The notes under the pieces: model-generated | The model's database searches: none | Seen by the model: only the letters and a program-made list of their open reading frames with translations | Told to the model about the DNA's origin: nothing | From: Nannocystales bacterium | Lineage (GTDB): Bacteria > Myxococcota_A > Polyangia > Nannocystales > Nannocystaceae | Reading direction: 5' to 3' | Assembly (NCBI GenBank): GCA_050633305.1 | Contig: JBOEGF010000006.1 | Coordinates: 1 to 64,000, forward strand | Length of the DNA: 64,000 nt | Shown: one piece after another, positions 50,275 through 60,523 of the stretch | Position numbering within the stretch: position 1 is the stretch's first letter | Layout: each line of letters starts with the position of its first letter | Position numbers and translations under genes: made by a program

Positions 50275-51122
50275 TCGCCCTGCCCTTCGTCGTGCCCCGC
50301 CCCAGCTTCGGCTTCGGCTTCGGCTTCGGCTTCGGGGGCGCGGCTGTCGGGTTCGGCGTCCGGGTCCATGAAGGCGAGCGCGCGGGCGCGTGCGAGTTCT
50401 TCTTCAGATTTTTGCTCGCTTGCGATCAGTCGTCCGTCTTGCATCCGAATGCTGCGTGGCACTTGCGAGGCGAGCTCGCGGTTGTGCGTGACGATCAGCA
50501 TCGTGATCCGCTGCTCTTCATTGAGGCGGAAGAGCAGCTGGTGGACTTCACGGCTGGTCTTGGTATCGAGGTTGCCCGTCGGCTCGTCGGCGAGCAGCAA
50601 GCGCGGCTTCATGACCAGCGCCCGCGCGATGGCGACACGCTGCTGCTCTCCGCCGGAGAGTTCGCCAGGCCGATGTGTCAGGCGCTTGCTCATCCCCACT
50701 GCATCCAGGAGTTCTTCGGCGCGCTGCTTGGCTTCCCGGTTGGGGAGGCGCGCGATCATGGCCGGCATCATCACGTTTTCGAGCGCGGAGAACTCAGGGA
50801 GGAGGTGGTGGAACTGGAAGACGAAACCAATGGTTTCGTTGCGGAACTTCGCGAGTTCCGGAGGCGGAAGGGAGACGACGTCCGTCCCTCCGAAGAGAAT
50901 CTGGCCGCGGGTTGGAAGGTCGAGGGTTCCAACGCAGTGCAGCAGCGTGGACTTTCCAGCTCCGGAGGGGCCGACAATGGTGGCGCACTCGCCCCGGAAC
51001 AGGGTGAGGCTGACCTCGGAGAGGACCCGCAGCGGAGGCGCATTGCCGCGCTCGAACTCCTTGGTCATCCGGACGGCACGAAGAAGGACTTCGGCTCCGG
51101 CGTCGGGGGGCGATGCGGTCAT
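50271..51122 (-). CDS. lolD: Lipoprotein-releasing ABC ATPase
   Basis: GPSGAGKSTLL, GFVFQFHHLLPEFSALENV, HRPGELSGGEQQR, ADEPTGNLD. Confidence 0.9.
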   Translation of the reverse strand: MTASPPDAGAEVLLRAVRMTKEFERGNAPPLRVLSEVSLTLFRGECATIVGPSGAGKSTLLHCVGTLDLPTRGQILFGGTDVVSLPPPELAKFRNETIGFVFQFHHLLPEFSALENVMMPAMIARLPNREAKQRAEELLDAVGMSKRLTHRPGELSGGEQQRVAIARALVMKPRLLLADEPTGNLDTKTSREVHQLLFRLNEEQRITMLIVTHNRELASQVPRSIRMQDGRLIASEQKSEEELARARALAFMDPDAEPDSRAPEAEAEAEAEAGAGHDEGQGE

Positions 51123-51364
51123 GGGTTTGGCGGGTGGGAACGCTGAGAAACGCCGGTCAAAGCCGGATTTCCCCGGCAAAAGCCGCGGCAGCGTACGCCG
51201 CGGTGCTTCACAGTGTCAACGCGCGTGGGGAGGCTTCCGAAGGGCGCCGTGACGCGGACTACTGCCCGCCCGAAAGCCGCAAGTAGACGCTGGTCAAACG
51301 GCGGGGGAGGCTCCCGCGGCCGCGGTTGGCACCGGAAGCACCGGACCCAAGGGGCGCGCGCAAC

Positions 51365-53416
51365 TCAGTGCTCTCCCTGGCGGAGTGCATCCACGGGCCG
51401 CAGGCGTGAGGCGACGAGCGCGGGGTAGATGCTGGAGAGGCACACGATCACCAGCGCAGCGATCCCGACCAACGCGACCTCCAGCGGGTTCACGACCACC
51501 GGCAGTTTTTCGATGTAGTAGACGTTCTCGTTGAGCGGGAGTCCGTAGCGGTCCAGAGCCCAACACAGCCCCAGGCCCATCCCGATCCCGCCGAAGCTTC
51601 CCAGAAGGCCAACACACAGGCCCTCGGCGACGAACACCCGCATGATTCCGCTGTCGCTGGTCCCCATGGCCTTGAGGATGGCGATCTCTTTGCTCTTCTC
51701 CATCACGCTCATGAGGTTGGAGGCCAGAATGCCGAAGCTGGCGACCAACACGACGAACAGCAGCGCGATGAACATGGCGACCTTCTCGAGGAACATCGCG
51801 GAGAACAGGTTGCGGTTGAGGTCACGCCAGTCTTCGACGATGAGGTCGTCCGACTCGCTGAGCCGACCGAGATCGGCCACGATGCGCTCGACCTCGGCTT
51901 TTCCTGCGTCGATCGCCTCCACGTCCACGAGCTTGATCTCGACACCGGTCACCTTGTCGCCGGTGAGCAAGAACCGCTGCACCGTGGGCAGCGGCGCGTA
52001 GACGTTCTTGCGATCGTACTCGTACATGCCGGAGTAGAAGACCCCGCCCACCTTCGCGGCGAGTTGCCCGGGGACCTGTCCCGCGGGCGTGATGCGCCCG
52101 ATCGGTGTGATCAGCTGAACGCTCGCTCCCAACCGTACTCCCAGCTCCATGGAGAGTTCCCGGCCGATGAGGATCGGGTTCCGGGCGCCGTCGATCTCCA
52201 ACACGGGCGCCTCGGCGATGTGGAGGGGCTCGTCTGAGCCGGCCTGCTCCGGCGTTCCACCAAGTTCGACGACCGGGTCCTCCCAGCCGTCATCGTCGGC
52301 GACGGGCTCGAGAACCCCGGCCTTCGGCGGCGCGGCGAGACGCTCCCCCACGGACGGAATGTCGCTGAGAAGGCCGGCGCGCGCCTTGTCGGACGGTGAC
52401 GCGGGCGGCGCTCGGGGCGGCGTCTTGTCGGCCGCGAGTTCTTCGGTCGGGTCTTCCCAGCCGTCATCAGCCCCCTCGCCCACCGCGGGGTCGGGGAGGT
52501 CATCGATGTCGGGAAGCGCTTTCGGTTTGGGGAGCTTGTTCTTGTTTTTGCTGTCGTTTTTCAGCGAGGTCCCTGCCGCGCCGAGGCCGACCTCGGCCTT
52601 GACCGAACGCTCCTCATCCCCAACCCGCTCCACTTTGGAGTTCTTCTTTCGCTCCTCCTCGAGGTGGCGAAGCCGATACGGGGTCCCGGACTCCAGGACG
52701 CCGAACGGGTCGGCGGCGGGGATGCTCTCGGGGGACTCGAGGTAATCGTACTCGCCCTCCTCGATCAGCTCGCGGAGGTTCGACACCTCGGTCTGCCGAG
52801 ACGGCACGATGCCCGAGAGCAGCGCGCCCTGCCGATTGAGGCCCGAGCGCACCATGATCTCGCCTTCGAGGTATGGGCTGGCCCCAGCGATGCCCGCTCC
52901 GTCCGAGAGCGCATCGGCCAACTCGGTGTAGTCGGCGAACGGCTTCCCGTCTTTCCGGGACACCCGAATATGGGCCTTCTGGTTGAGGATCTTGTCGCGT
53001 AGGTCGCCCTCGAGCCCGCTCATCAAGCTGAGCACGACCACCAACGCCATGCAGCCGAGCAGAACGGACATCGTGATGACCGTGGGCAGCAGGTTGAAGA
53101 AGCGCGCGAGCAGCCCGAACACCAGGGCCATCACCCCCATGATCAGGGTCAACGCGCCAAACGTCCCGTACCACTGCTCGACCGGGGTTGGCGCGATCTC
53201 AGGCTCGATCGGGCCGAATGGGCCATCGATGACCGGTGGCGGGGGAGTCGACAAGGAGCCCGCGTACAGCGCAAGCGCGCCCCCGATGACGATCAGGTAG
53301 ATCGCGGTCATCAGCAACGGACGGACCCACGCTGGGCGATCATCCCCGCTTCGCAGGTGACGCCAGGCGATGAGCCAATCCAGGGCATTGAAGCCCCCCA
53401 GAACGCGGCCGATCAC
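51365..53416 (-). CDS. Lipoprotein-releasing ABC permease LolC/E type with large acidic insertion
   Basis: ALVVVLSLMSG, SGMYEYD, DWRDLNRNLFSA...EK, EIAILKAMG, IYPA...PVDALR; upstream of lolD. Confidence 0.88.
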   Translation of the reverse strand: MIGRVLGGFNALDWLIAWRHLRSGDDRPAWVRPLLMTAIYLIVIGGALALYAGSLSTPPPPVIDGPFGPIEPEIAPTPVEQWYGTFGALTLIMGVMALVFGLLARFFNLLPTVITMSVLLGCMALVVVLSLMSGLEGDLRDKILNQKAHIRVSRKDGKPFADYTELADALSDGAGIAGASPYLEGEIMVRSGLNRQGALLSGIVPSRQTEVSNLRELIEEGEYDYLESPESIPAADPFGVLESGTPYRLRHLEEERKKNSKVERVGDEERSVKAEVGLGAAGTSLKNDSKNKNKLPKPKALPDIDDLPDPAVGEGADDGWEDPTEELAADKTPPRAPPASPSDKARAGLLSDIPSVGERLAAPPKAGVLEPVADDDGWEDPVVELGGTPEQAGSDEPLHIAEAPVLEIDGARNPILIGRELSMELGVRLGASVQLITPIGRITPAGQVPGQLAAKVGGVFYSGMYEYDRKNVYAPLPTVQRFLLTGDKVTGVEIKLVDVEAIDAGKAEVERIVADLGRLSESDDLIVEDWRDLNRNLFSAMFLEKVAMFIALLFVVLVASFGILASNLMSVMEKSKEIAILKAMGTSDSGIMRVFVAEGLCVGLLGSFGGIGMGLGLCWALDRYGLPLNENVYYIEKLPVVVNPLEVALVGIAALVIVCLSSIYPALVASRLRPVDALRQGEH

Positions 53417-54580
53417 GCGGTCGCGTCCTCACCGTTGGTCTGCGCCCCGTGTTGCAGCAGGAACGACTCGACGAAGGCATCGAAGTCTCCATCCAACACG
53501 CCATCGACGTTGCTGACTTTGAGGCTGGTCCGGTGGTCGGTGACCTGCCGATACGGGTGCAGCACGTACGAGCGGATCTGACTGCCCCACTCGATCGCCT
53601 TCTTGTCCCCCGCGAGTGCGGCCCGTTCCTGGTCGCGTCGCTGTTGCTCGAGCGCCCACAGTCGCGCCTTGAGCATGCGCTCGGCGGTCGCCCGGTTCTT
53701 GTGCTGGGAGCGTTCGGCCTGGCACGCCACAACCACCCCGGTGGGAAGGTGTGTGAGGCGAATGGCGGAATCGGTCTTGTTGACGTGCTGCCCACCACTG
53801 CCGGAGGAGCGATAGGTGTCCTCTCGGATCTCGGTCTTATCGAGCTCGATCTCGATGTCGTCCTCGCCGAGGTCGGGCATGACCATGACGCTGGCAAAGC
53901 CGGTCTGGCGCCTGGCCTGAGCGTCGAAAGGGGAGATGCGAACAAGCCGGTGCACCCCGATCTCGGAGCGCAGGTAGCCATAGGCATACTCGCCGCTGAG
54001 CTCGATCTCTGCGCCTCGAATGCCCGCCTGCTCGCCCTCGTGATAGCTGAGTACCGTGACTTTCATGCCGTGACGCTCGCCCCAGCGCATGTACATGCGC
54101 AGGAGCATCTCGGCCCAGTCTTGGCTGTCGACGCCACCGGCTCCAGCGTTGACGCTGAGAATCGCGCCACAGCTGTCGTGCGTACCCGAGAGCATTCGGC
54201 GGAACTCAAGTTTGGCCACCATCGCGTCGGCGGTTTGCAGCTGCCCCCACGCCTCGATGACCGAGTCGGCGTCGCCTTCCTCGCGGGCCATCTCGTACAG
54301 CTCGCTGGCCTCGTCGAGGACCGTCGTGGCGTCGTCGATCGTGCCGACGAGATGCTTCATCTCCGCCTGTTCACGGACGACGATCTGGGCCGCATCGGCG
54401 TCTTCCCAGAATTCGGCTTCCGCGGTCTGGGCCTCGATCTCTTCGAGTCGCTCTACCTTGCGAGCGTAGTCAAAGATGCCTCCGGAGTTCGTCGAGGCGC
54501 TCGGTGAGCCGCGCGATGAGGTCGACGACCTTCGCGTGTTCGACGGATGGCGGGGCTTGGGGTGTGGGGGTCTCGCTCAT
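53413..54580 (-). CDS. prfB: Peptide chain release factor 2, translated through a programmed +1 frameshift
   Basis: 36-codon ORF from ATG at 54580 ends ...CGG AGG CAT CTT TGA C; the +1 frame from 54471 continues into ORF 53413..54360 with SPF and GGQ motifs. Confidence 0.95.
54469..54484 (-). promoter_or_regulatory. prfB frameshift cassette (internal SD plus CTT TGA C)
   Basis: Minus strand reads CGGAGGCATCTTTGAC. Confidence 0.93.
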
Positions 54581-54601
54581 GATGGAATCCTTGAAAGCGC
54601 T

Positions 54602-55999
54602 TCAGACCTCGATGAGTCGAAGCTGCTTGCGACCGGGCCGCGGGGGTTCGCGGGGCACAGGATAGTCGCCCGTGAAGCAGGCGTCGCAGAAGTTCTTACC
54701 TGAAGCGTCCGACGAGCGCACTGCGGAGAGGAGTCTCTGGGGACCGAGGTACCCCAGAGAGTCGGCCTCGATGCTCTGGGCGATCTGGTCGACGGACTGG
54801 GTCGAGGCGACCAGCTCCGCGCGCGTAGGTGTGTCGATCCCGTAGTGGCACGGACCGTTGACCGGCGGGGACGAGATCCGCACATGGACCTCGGTTGCGC
54901 CCGCTTGGCGCAGCAGCTTCACGATCTTTCGGGACGTGGTCCCCCGGACGATCGAGTCGTCGACAACCACGACCCGCTTGCCCTTGAGCACCTGCGGGAC
55001 TGCGTTGAGCTTGAGCCGGACGCCAAAGTGACGGATCGAATCGCTCGGCTCGATGAAGGTTCGCCCAACGTAGTGGTTGCGAATCAGCCCCATCTGAAAC
55101 GGGATTCCGCTGGCTTGCGAGTACCCCAAGGCCGCCACGACCCCTGAATCCGGCACCGGGATGACCACATCGGCTTCGACCGCGTGTTCTGCGGCCAGTT
55201 GCTCGCCCATGGCGATGCGCGCCTCGTACACCGACTTGCCGTCGAGCACGCTGTCGGGACGCGCAAAGTAGACGTACTCGAACACGCAGGAGCGCCGCGG
55301 GCCCTTGGGGATGAACGAGCTGCTCATCCCGCGCTTGGAGATGGTCAGGATCTCACCGGGCTCGATGTCTCGGATTCGCTCCGCCTCGATGAGGTCGAAC
55401 GCGGAGGTCTCCGAGGCGACGACGTAGGTGTCCGGAGAGCCGGTGAGTCGGCCGAGCACCAACGGCCGGAATCCGTGGGGGTCGCGGACGGCGACCAGCT
55501 CGTCCTCCGTGGTGAGCACCATCGAGTACGCGCCGTGCACTCGGCCCAACGCATCCGCGAGCTGGTCACGGAAGTCCGCTTGGTGGCTCCGTGCCATCAG
55601 CTGCAGGATCACCTCGGTGTCGCTGAACGAGGTGAAGATCGCCCCTTCCCCTTCGAGTTCCTCCCTGAGGACCTCTTCGTTCACGAGGTTGCCGTTGTGG
55701 GCGATCGCGACCGATCGACCGCGGTACTGCGCCCATAGCGGCTGGATGTTCTTGACCAGCGACCCGCCCGCGGTGGTGTAACGAACGTGCCCGATCGCCA
55801 ACGGCCCGGGCAGCTCCGCGAGCGCCTCTCGGCTGAAGATCTTCCGGACCTGACCCATGGCGCGAACGCCGTGGAGTGTGCCGTCCAAGTTCGAGACGAC
55901 GCCCGCAGATTCCTGCCCCCGATGCTGGAGCGCATGCAGCCCCAGGTAGGTCAGGTTGGACGCCTCGGGGTGATTGAAGATGCCAAAGACACCGCACAT
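54602..55999 (-). CDS. purF: Amidophosphoribosyltransferase
   Basis: MCGVFG, LQHRGQESAG, GHVRYTT, CVFEYVYFARPDS, VDDSIVRGTT. Confidence 0.97.
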   Translation of the reverse strand: MCGVFGIFNHPEASNLTYLGLHALQHRGQESAGVVSNLDGTLHGVRAMGQVRKIFSREALAELPGPLAIGHVRYTTAGGSLVKNIQPLWAQYRGRSVAIAHNGNLVNEEVLREELEGEGAIFTSFSDTEVILQLMARSHQADFRDQLADALGRVHGAYSMVLTTEDELVAVRDPHGFRPLVLGRLTGSPDTYVVASETSAFDLIEAERIRDIEPGEILTISKRGMSSSFIPKGPRRSCVFEYVYFARPDSVLDGKSVYEARIAMGEQLAAEHAVEADVVIPVPDSGVVAALGYSQASGIPFQMGLIRNHYVGRTFIEPSDSIRHFGVRLKLNAVPQVLKGKRVVVVDDSIVRGTTSRKIVKLLRQAGATEVHVRISSPPVNGPCHYGIDTPTRAELVASTQSVDQIAQSIEADSLGYLGPQRLLSAVRSSDASGKNFCDACFTGDYPVPREPPRPGRKQLRLIEV

Positions 56000-56056
56000 A
56001 CGACTGCTCCGAGTCGGCTCCGTATCACGTTTTGGACGCGGGCGTTGGGCCGAGCG

Positions 56057-56413
56057 TCAGGCTGCGAGGCGCACCACGAACTGGAGCGTGGTGAGTGCGA
56101 TGGCCGCCCACACCGTGGTCTTGACGCTGTCGAACTCGATCCCGTCGCTGAGTCGTACCGTGATCAGCAGGACCCCCGCGTTGACGACCGCCTGAATGAT
56201 GAACGCGCCCAACGGCCCCAACAGAGCGATCGGAAAGAAGACGAGCGTCAGGACACTGACCAAGATCTTCCCGAGCGTGACGCTGAGTGCGCCGCCGATG
56301 GCTCCCGCTTTGAGCGCGTTGGTCGTCCCGCGCACGCGCATCCCGGAGAACACCATCGGGAGGAACAGGATCCCGACGGCAAACGCGACAACCGATGCGA
56401 TGAGCTGGACCAT
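56057..56413 (-). CDS. Four-TM membrane protein (YvlD/phage-holin-like family)
   Basis: Hydrophobic throughout; PI..LG...FII...VNA pattern. Confidence 0.6.
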   Translation of the reverse strand: MVQLIASVVAFAVGILFLPMVFSGMRVRGTTNALKAGAIGGALSVTLGKILVSVLTLVFFPIALLGPLGAFIIQAVVNAGVLLITVRLSDGIEFDSVKTTVWAAIALTTLQFVVRLAA

Positions 56414-56673
56414 GGGCCCCAGTACTCTAGCCCGCCCCCGGCCATTCCCGCGCCCTGCGTATAAGCATCTGTGCTGCGGGCTCCGTGCGGGGCCGCACTG
56501 GGGACGACGTCACCGCGAGCTGCCCGTGGTGAAACCCGGCGCGGCCGATGGCGACGGATTTCTCCCTCTTGGGCAGGATCCGAAGCGCCGCCGCACCAGG
56601 CGGACTGCCAGTTTTGCGGACGCCGCAAGGCGAGAACAAGGCGAGAGGCGGCGTGTTGGTCTTCGCCGGGGGG

Positions 56674-57651
56674 CTAGGCCAGGCCGAGGTTGCGCGCGAG
56701 CCGCTCCTGAGGCGCCTCGGTGTCCGGCTCGAAGGGCCGGCCCGTCAGCTGTTCGAACAGCTCCACGTACCGATTCGCAGCCTCCGTCCGAATCTCCGCC
56801 GACAACGGTGGCGGGGTTCCGTCTCCCACGAACCCCTTCGAGACCAGCCATCGACGCAGGAATTCCTTGTCGAGCGCCCGCGGCGGCTCGCCCTTGGCCA
56901 TCGCACCCTCATACCCGTCCGCGTACCAATACCGAGAGCTGTCCGGCGTGTGAATCTCGTCGATGAGGACGATCCGACCATCCGGCGCCCGACCGAGTTC
57001 GTACTTGGTGTCGACCAAGATCAGACCCCGCTTCGCCGCTTCGGCTTGGCCGAACGCGAACAGCTTCATCACCCGAGCTTCGAGCTCTACGAAGGTCTCC
57101 GGGTCGATGAGCCCGCGCTCGAACAACACGTCCTTGCTGACGCTCTGGTCGTGCTCGCCCTTGGCAGCCTTGGTGGACGGAGTCAGCAACGGTGCGGACA
57201 GTCGCTCGTGCGCGCGCAGTCCTTCTGGGAGTTCGTGCCCGCAAAACGCCCGCTCACCGTTCTCGTAGGCCCGTAGGATGCTGGTCGAGCTGCTCCCGGT
57301 GAGGTAGCCGCGGACAACCATCTCCACCGGAATGGGTGTGCATTCGACCGCACGGGTCGCTTGAGGGTCCGGCACATCGAGGACATGGCCGGGCATGACT
57401 TCGGCGGAGAGCTCGAACCAGTGTTGCGCGAGTCGGTTGAGCACCTGGCCCTTGAACGGAATGGTCCCCAACACGACATCGAAGGCCGACACCCGATCCG
57501 TGACCACGATCAAGCGCTCCTGCGCGCGACTGAAGTTCTCTCGGACCTTGCCGCTGTAGCGTGTGCCCAAGGCGTCGAAGCGGCCGTCGAGCGTGTCGAG
57601 GGTTCCCCCCGGCGCCAGGGCGTTGCGGAGCACTGCGGGATCGAGCGGCAT
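56674..57651 (-). CDS. purC: SAICAR synthase
   Basis: YSGKVRE, TDRVSAFD, IPFKGQVL, EMVVRGYLTGS, TPSTKA, LVDTKYE, DEIHTPDSSRYW, LDKEFLR. Confidence 0.95.
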   Translation of the reverse strand: MPLDPAVLRNALAPGGTLDTLDGRFDALGTRYSGKVRENFSRAQERLIVVTDRVSAFDVVLGTIPFKGQVLNRLAQHWFELSAEVMPGHVLDVPDPQATRAVECTPIPVEMVVRGYLTGSSSTSILRAYENGERAFCGHELPEGLRAHERLSAPLLTPSTKAAKGEHDQSVSKDVLFERGLIDPETFVELEARVMKLFAFGQAEAAKRGLILVDTKYELGRAPDGRIVLIDEIHTPDSSRYWYADGYEGAMAKGEPPRALDKEFLRRWLVSKGFVGDGTPPPLSAEIRTEAANRYVELFEQLTGRPFEPDTEAPQERLARNLGLA

Positions 57652-57688
57652 GGCGCGCGGACAGTAGCAGAGCCATGTGACGGCAGTG

Positions 57689-60457
57689 CTACTGCGTCGG
57701 CTTCGGAGGCTCGGCCAGCGTGACGCAGCAGCGGAAGCCGATCGCGGGGTCCTGGGTGTCCTTCGCGGGCTTGCGGCGGGTCGTACACGACGCAGCCTGG
57801 GTCGTGGCATCCCCGCCCATCACGGCTCCGCCCTCGACCCACTCCCCCACGTTGCCCACGAGGTCAAACACGCCCTCGGGGGTCACGCACGTCTCCCTCG
57901 CCCCGCCACGGCCCAGGTTCTGAGGAACGCCCCCGAGCGCATCGTTGCAGTGGCCTTTTTTGCGTGCGCCCCCATACGGCTGCCTGCGGCCGGCGTCCCC
58001 ACGGCACGCGCTCCGCCACTCTTTTTGAGAGCACAAGCGGCGTCCCTGCGCCTCGCACAGCAGCGTCGCTTCGGCCAAGGTCACACCGGTGGTGGGGATC
58101 TCCCGCAACCCGGGCTGCTCGCCCACATCGATGCAGACCTTCGCGCTGCCAGGCAGCGCGGCGGTGTCCGAAGGGCAAGTCGTCGGAGGTTCAAGCGGCG
58201 CGGGCTTGTCCTTCGCACCGCCGCTGTCCCCTTCCGAGTCCTGCGTCGGGTCGGTCCCCTCGTCGGCTGTACGGGTCCCAAGCAGGACCGAGAGCCCACC
58301 ACGCTCTTGGGCGACGGGAACCGTCAGGGCCACCGCCACGATGGTGACGCCAAACCCGAACAGCGCCGCCATGATGGATCCGCGGGGACCCCGGGCCTCG
58401 GCGGGCGCCTCTCGGAGCATCACGCCAGAGACGTCGGGCCTGTGGCGGAACGCATCACTTTCGGCGGAACGCGAGCGGGTCGACACGCGGGCCGACTGGA
58501 CATCCAGCTCCAGCTTCTCGCCCAGCGGTGCGACGGCGGCGACCGGTGCTTCTGCCCGCTTCTTCCCGGGGGGTTTGGCTTTGGGTCTCGGCGCAGGTGT
58601 CGACGCAGACGCCTCGTCTGCGCCGGGCTTGGAGCGGCCATTCTTGCCCGGAGCCCGCGGCGGCAGCCGACCGATCGCCGTGCCCTTCGTCGCCGGTTTC
58701 TGGGGTCGTGACGGCAGGTCGAGTTCCAGCGCGGGTCCCTCGCTCAAGGCCGGATTGGCCTCGGCCGCAGCACCGTCGAGGGTCGCCAGCTGAGGAGAGG
58801 ACTCCGCGGCCGCGAGCGCCCCCACGACCCCTTGGAAGCCATCATCCTCGGAGATCCGCGAGTCGAGCGTTTCCGCGACGGGAAGCGACAGTCCAAACCC
58901 GCTGTCCTCTGCAGACATGTCGTCATGTTGCGGAGGTGGAGGAATCGGGGCGTTCGAAGCACCCGGCGCCGCCAGAGCAGGCGAAGCGGGGGGCGGAGCG
59001 ACTGGGGGCGGAGGAGCGACCGGCGGGACTACCGGGGAAGCACCCGGGGAAGCAACCGGAAGAGGCGCCGGGGTCGGCGTCCGGGCGTCCGGATTCAGGG
59101 GCGGCGGCGTCGGGGTTGGAATGGGCCCGGGCCCCGGCGTGAACCCGTCGTCCATGCCCCCGGGTCGTCCGACCAGCGGAGGCAGAGACACGCCGCCGGG
59201 TGAGACGGAGGCCTGTGGCGTGGATGCACCTTTGGGTCCCGGCTCGAGCTCCGAGAGTCGGGCGCCATCCGGAGGTGTGAGAGCGTCGGGATTGAAATGA
59301 CGATTGGGCTCGTCCTCGATCCGCCGCGCCGTGATCTGCATCGGCGCCGGCGTGGGAACGTGCTCCGGCTCCTCTCGAAGCACCTCGGCCGGTGCGACCG
59401 CGTCCGTCGAGACCGTGAACGGGTCGGGCTCCGGGTCATCTGGAGCGACCATCTCCCCGGCGATCGGTGCGAGGTCGGGCGGATAGAGTTCGGTGGCCGT
59501 CCGTCGGAACTGCCGCCGCTTGGATGGATCGTCCTTCTTCTTCGAAGCGGGTGTCGCCGCCGGGGCGCGCTTGCCCTCGACCTCGTCCACGTACCGTCCC
59601 GCGAGTTCGCGGAGTTCGGCTTGACGGGCCGCCGCTGCTCCGCCGCTCCCTTGGACGGCCGGAGCGTCCGCGATCAGCCGCAGGATGGTCAGGCCATCGA
59701 CCGGGCGCTCATCGGGCTCCGCTGCCAGAGCCCCGACGATGATGTCTGTCAGCAGTCCGGCCGCGAGTTCGCCGTCCTCGACAGCAGCGAGCGCAGCGGA
59801 GCCAACGGTGTCCGTCGCGAGCGCGGCGATGACCGCCCCCCACGCATACACATCGGACATGGCGGTCGGAGCATTGCCGGCCCGAACTTCAGGTGCGACG
59901 ACGTCCCCCCCCAGCGCGCGAAGCCGAGGCGCGACCGCCTTGCGATTGCAAGCCAGTGTGAGGCCGTGCTGCCACAACGCGACGCCCTCTTGCCACAACA
60001 CGATGTTGCCGGGCGCCAAGGCCCCATGGACCCGACCTTTGCGATGCAGGTGCGCCAGACCGCGCGCGACTTCGACCGCCACCCGAGCCACGAGACCCGC
60101 CGTGCTGCCGGTGCCTTCGATGCGTCGCTGCAACGGGACCGCCCCGGGCATGGCTTCGTAGCCAACCACGCAGAAGTCTGCCTCTCGATCGACGAGTCGA
60201 ATCGGAACGAGCCCGGGCTGCTCGGAGCCGAGGAGTTCCCCCATTCGCGCCATGAACGAAGAGACATCGACCTGCGACGGTACGAGCGAGCGCTCGACGA
60301 CGGTTAGCCAGACCTTCGCATCATCGCCACTCGACTCGCCCTCAGCCGGCAAAGATGCGTGCAGCGTCGGTCCAAAGGCGTGACCGCCAAGGTCTGCAGC
60401 CGCGTCTTCGTCGATCTGTACCTGTCCGCAGATCCGGTCGCCCGACGAAGGCCTCAC
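57689..60457 (-). CDS. Kinase-like domain, Pro-rich linker, transmembrane segment and C-terminal FGE-sulfatase (SUMF1-like) domain
   Basis: GLAHLH...VHGALAPGNI, VAPEV, SDVYAWG; C-terminal GRRLCSQKEW, GVFDLVGNVGEWV, IGFRCC. Confidence 0.8.
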   Translation of the reverse strand: MRPSSGDRICGQVQIDEDAAADLGGHAFGPTLHASLPAEGESSGDDAKVWLTVVERSLVPSQVDVSSFMARMGELLGSEQPGLVPIRLVDREADFCVVGYEAMPGAVPLQRRIEGTGSTAGLVARVAVEVARGLAHLHRKGRVHGALAPGNIVLWQEGVALWQHGLTLACNRKAVAPRLRALGGDVVAPEVRAGNAPTAMSDVYAWGAVIAALATDTVGSAALAAVEDGELAAGLLTDIIVGALAAEPDERPVDGLTILRLIADAPAVQGSGGAAAARQAELRELAGRYVDEVEGKRAPAATPASKKKDDPSKRRQFRRTATELYPPDLAPIAGEMVAPDDPEPDPFTVSTDAVAPAEVLREEPEHVPTPAPMQITARRIEDEPNRHFNPDALTPPDGARLSELEPGPKGASTPQASVSPGGVSLPPLVGRPGGMDDGFTPGPGPIPTPTPPPLNPDARTPTPAPLPVASPGASPVVPPVAPPPPVAPPPASPALAAPGASNAPIPPPPQHDDMSAEDSGFGLSLPVAETLDSRISEDDGFQGVVGALAAAESSPQLATLDGAAAEANPALSEGPALELDLPSRPQKPATKGTAIGRLPPRAPGKNGRSKPGADEASASTPAPRPKAKPPGKKRAEAPVAAVAPLGEKLELDVQSARVSTRSRSAESDAFRHRPDVSGVMLREAPAEARGPRGSIMAALFGFGVTIVAVALTVPVAQERGGLSVLLGTRTADEGTDPTQDSEGDSGGAKDKPAPLEPPTTCPSDTAALPGSAKVCIDVGEQPGLREIPTTGVTLAEATLLCEAQGRRLCSQKEWRSACRGDAGRRQPYGGARKKGHCNDALGGVPQNLGRGGARETCVTPEGVFDLVGNVGEWVEGGAVMGGDATTQAASCTTRRKPAKDTQDPAIGFRCCVTLAEPPKPTQ

Positions 60458-60523
60458 CGGGCGATGCTACCACGATGCACTGCCCGCAATTCCGCTTACA
60501 AAGCTCGTTTTTTATGGGCCGGA

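Noticed and set aside
53413..54580. prfB pseudogene or sequencing frameshift
   Set aside because: Matches the canonical programmed frameshift cassette.
56057..56413. Prophage signal from the holin-like gene
   Set aside because: This family is common in core chromosomes and no other phage genes are present.
56414..56673. ZTP or purine riboswitch near purC/purF
   Set aside because: Short ACTGGC and CCGCCTGG pieces are present, but spacing and stems do not fit the motif by eye; an Rfam scan would settle it.
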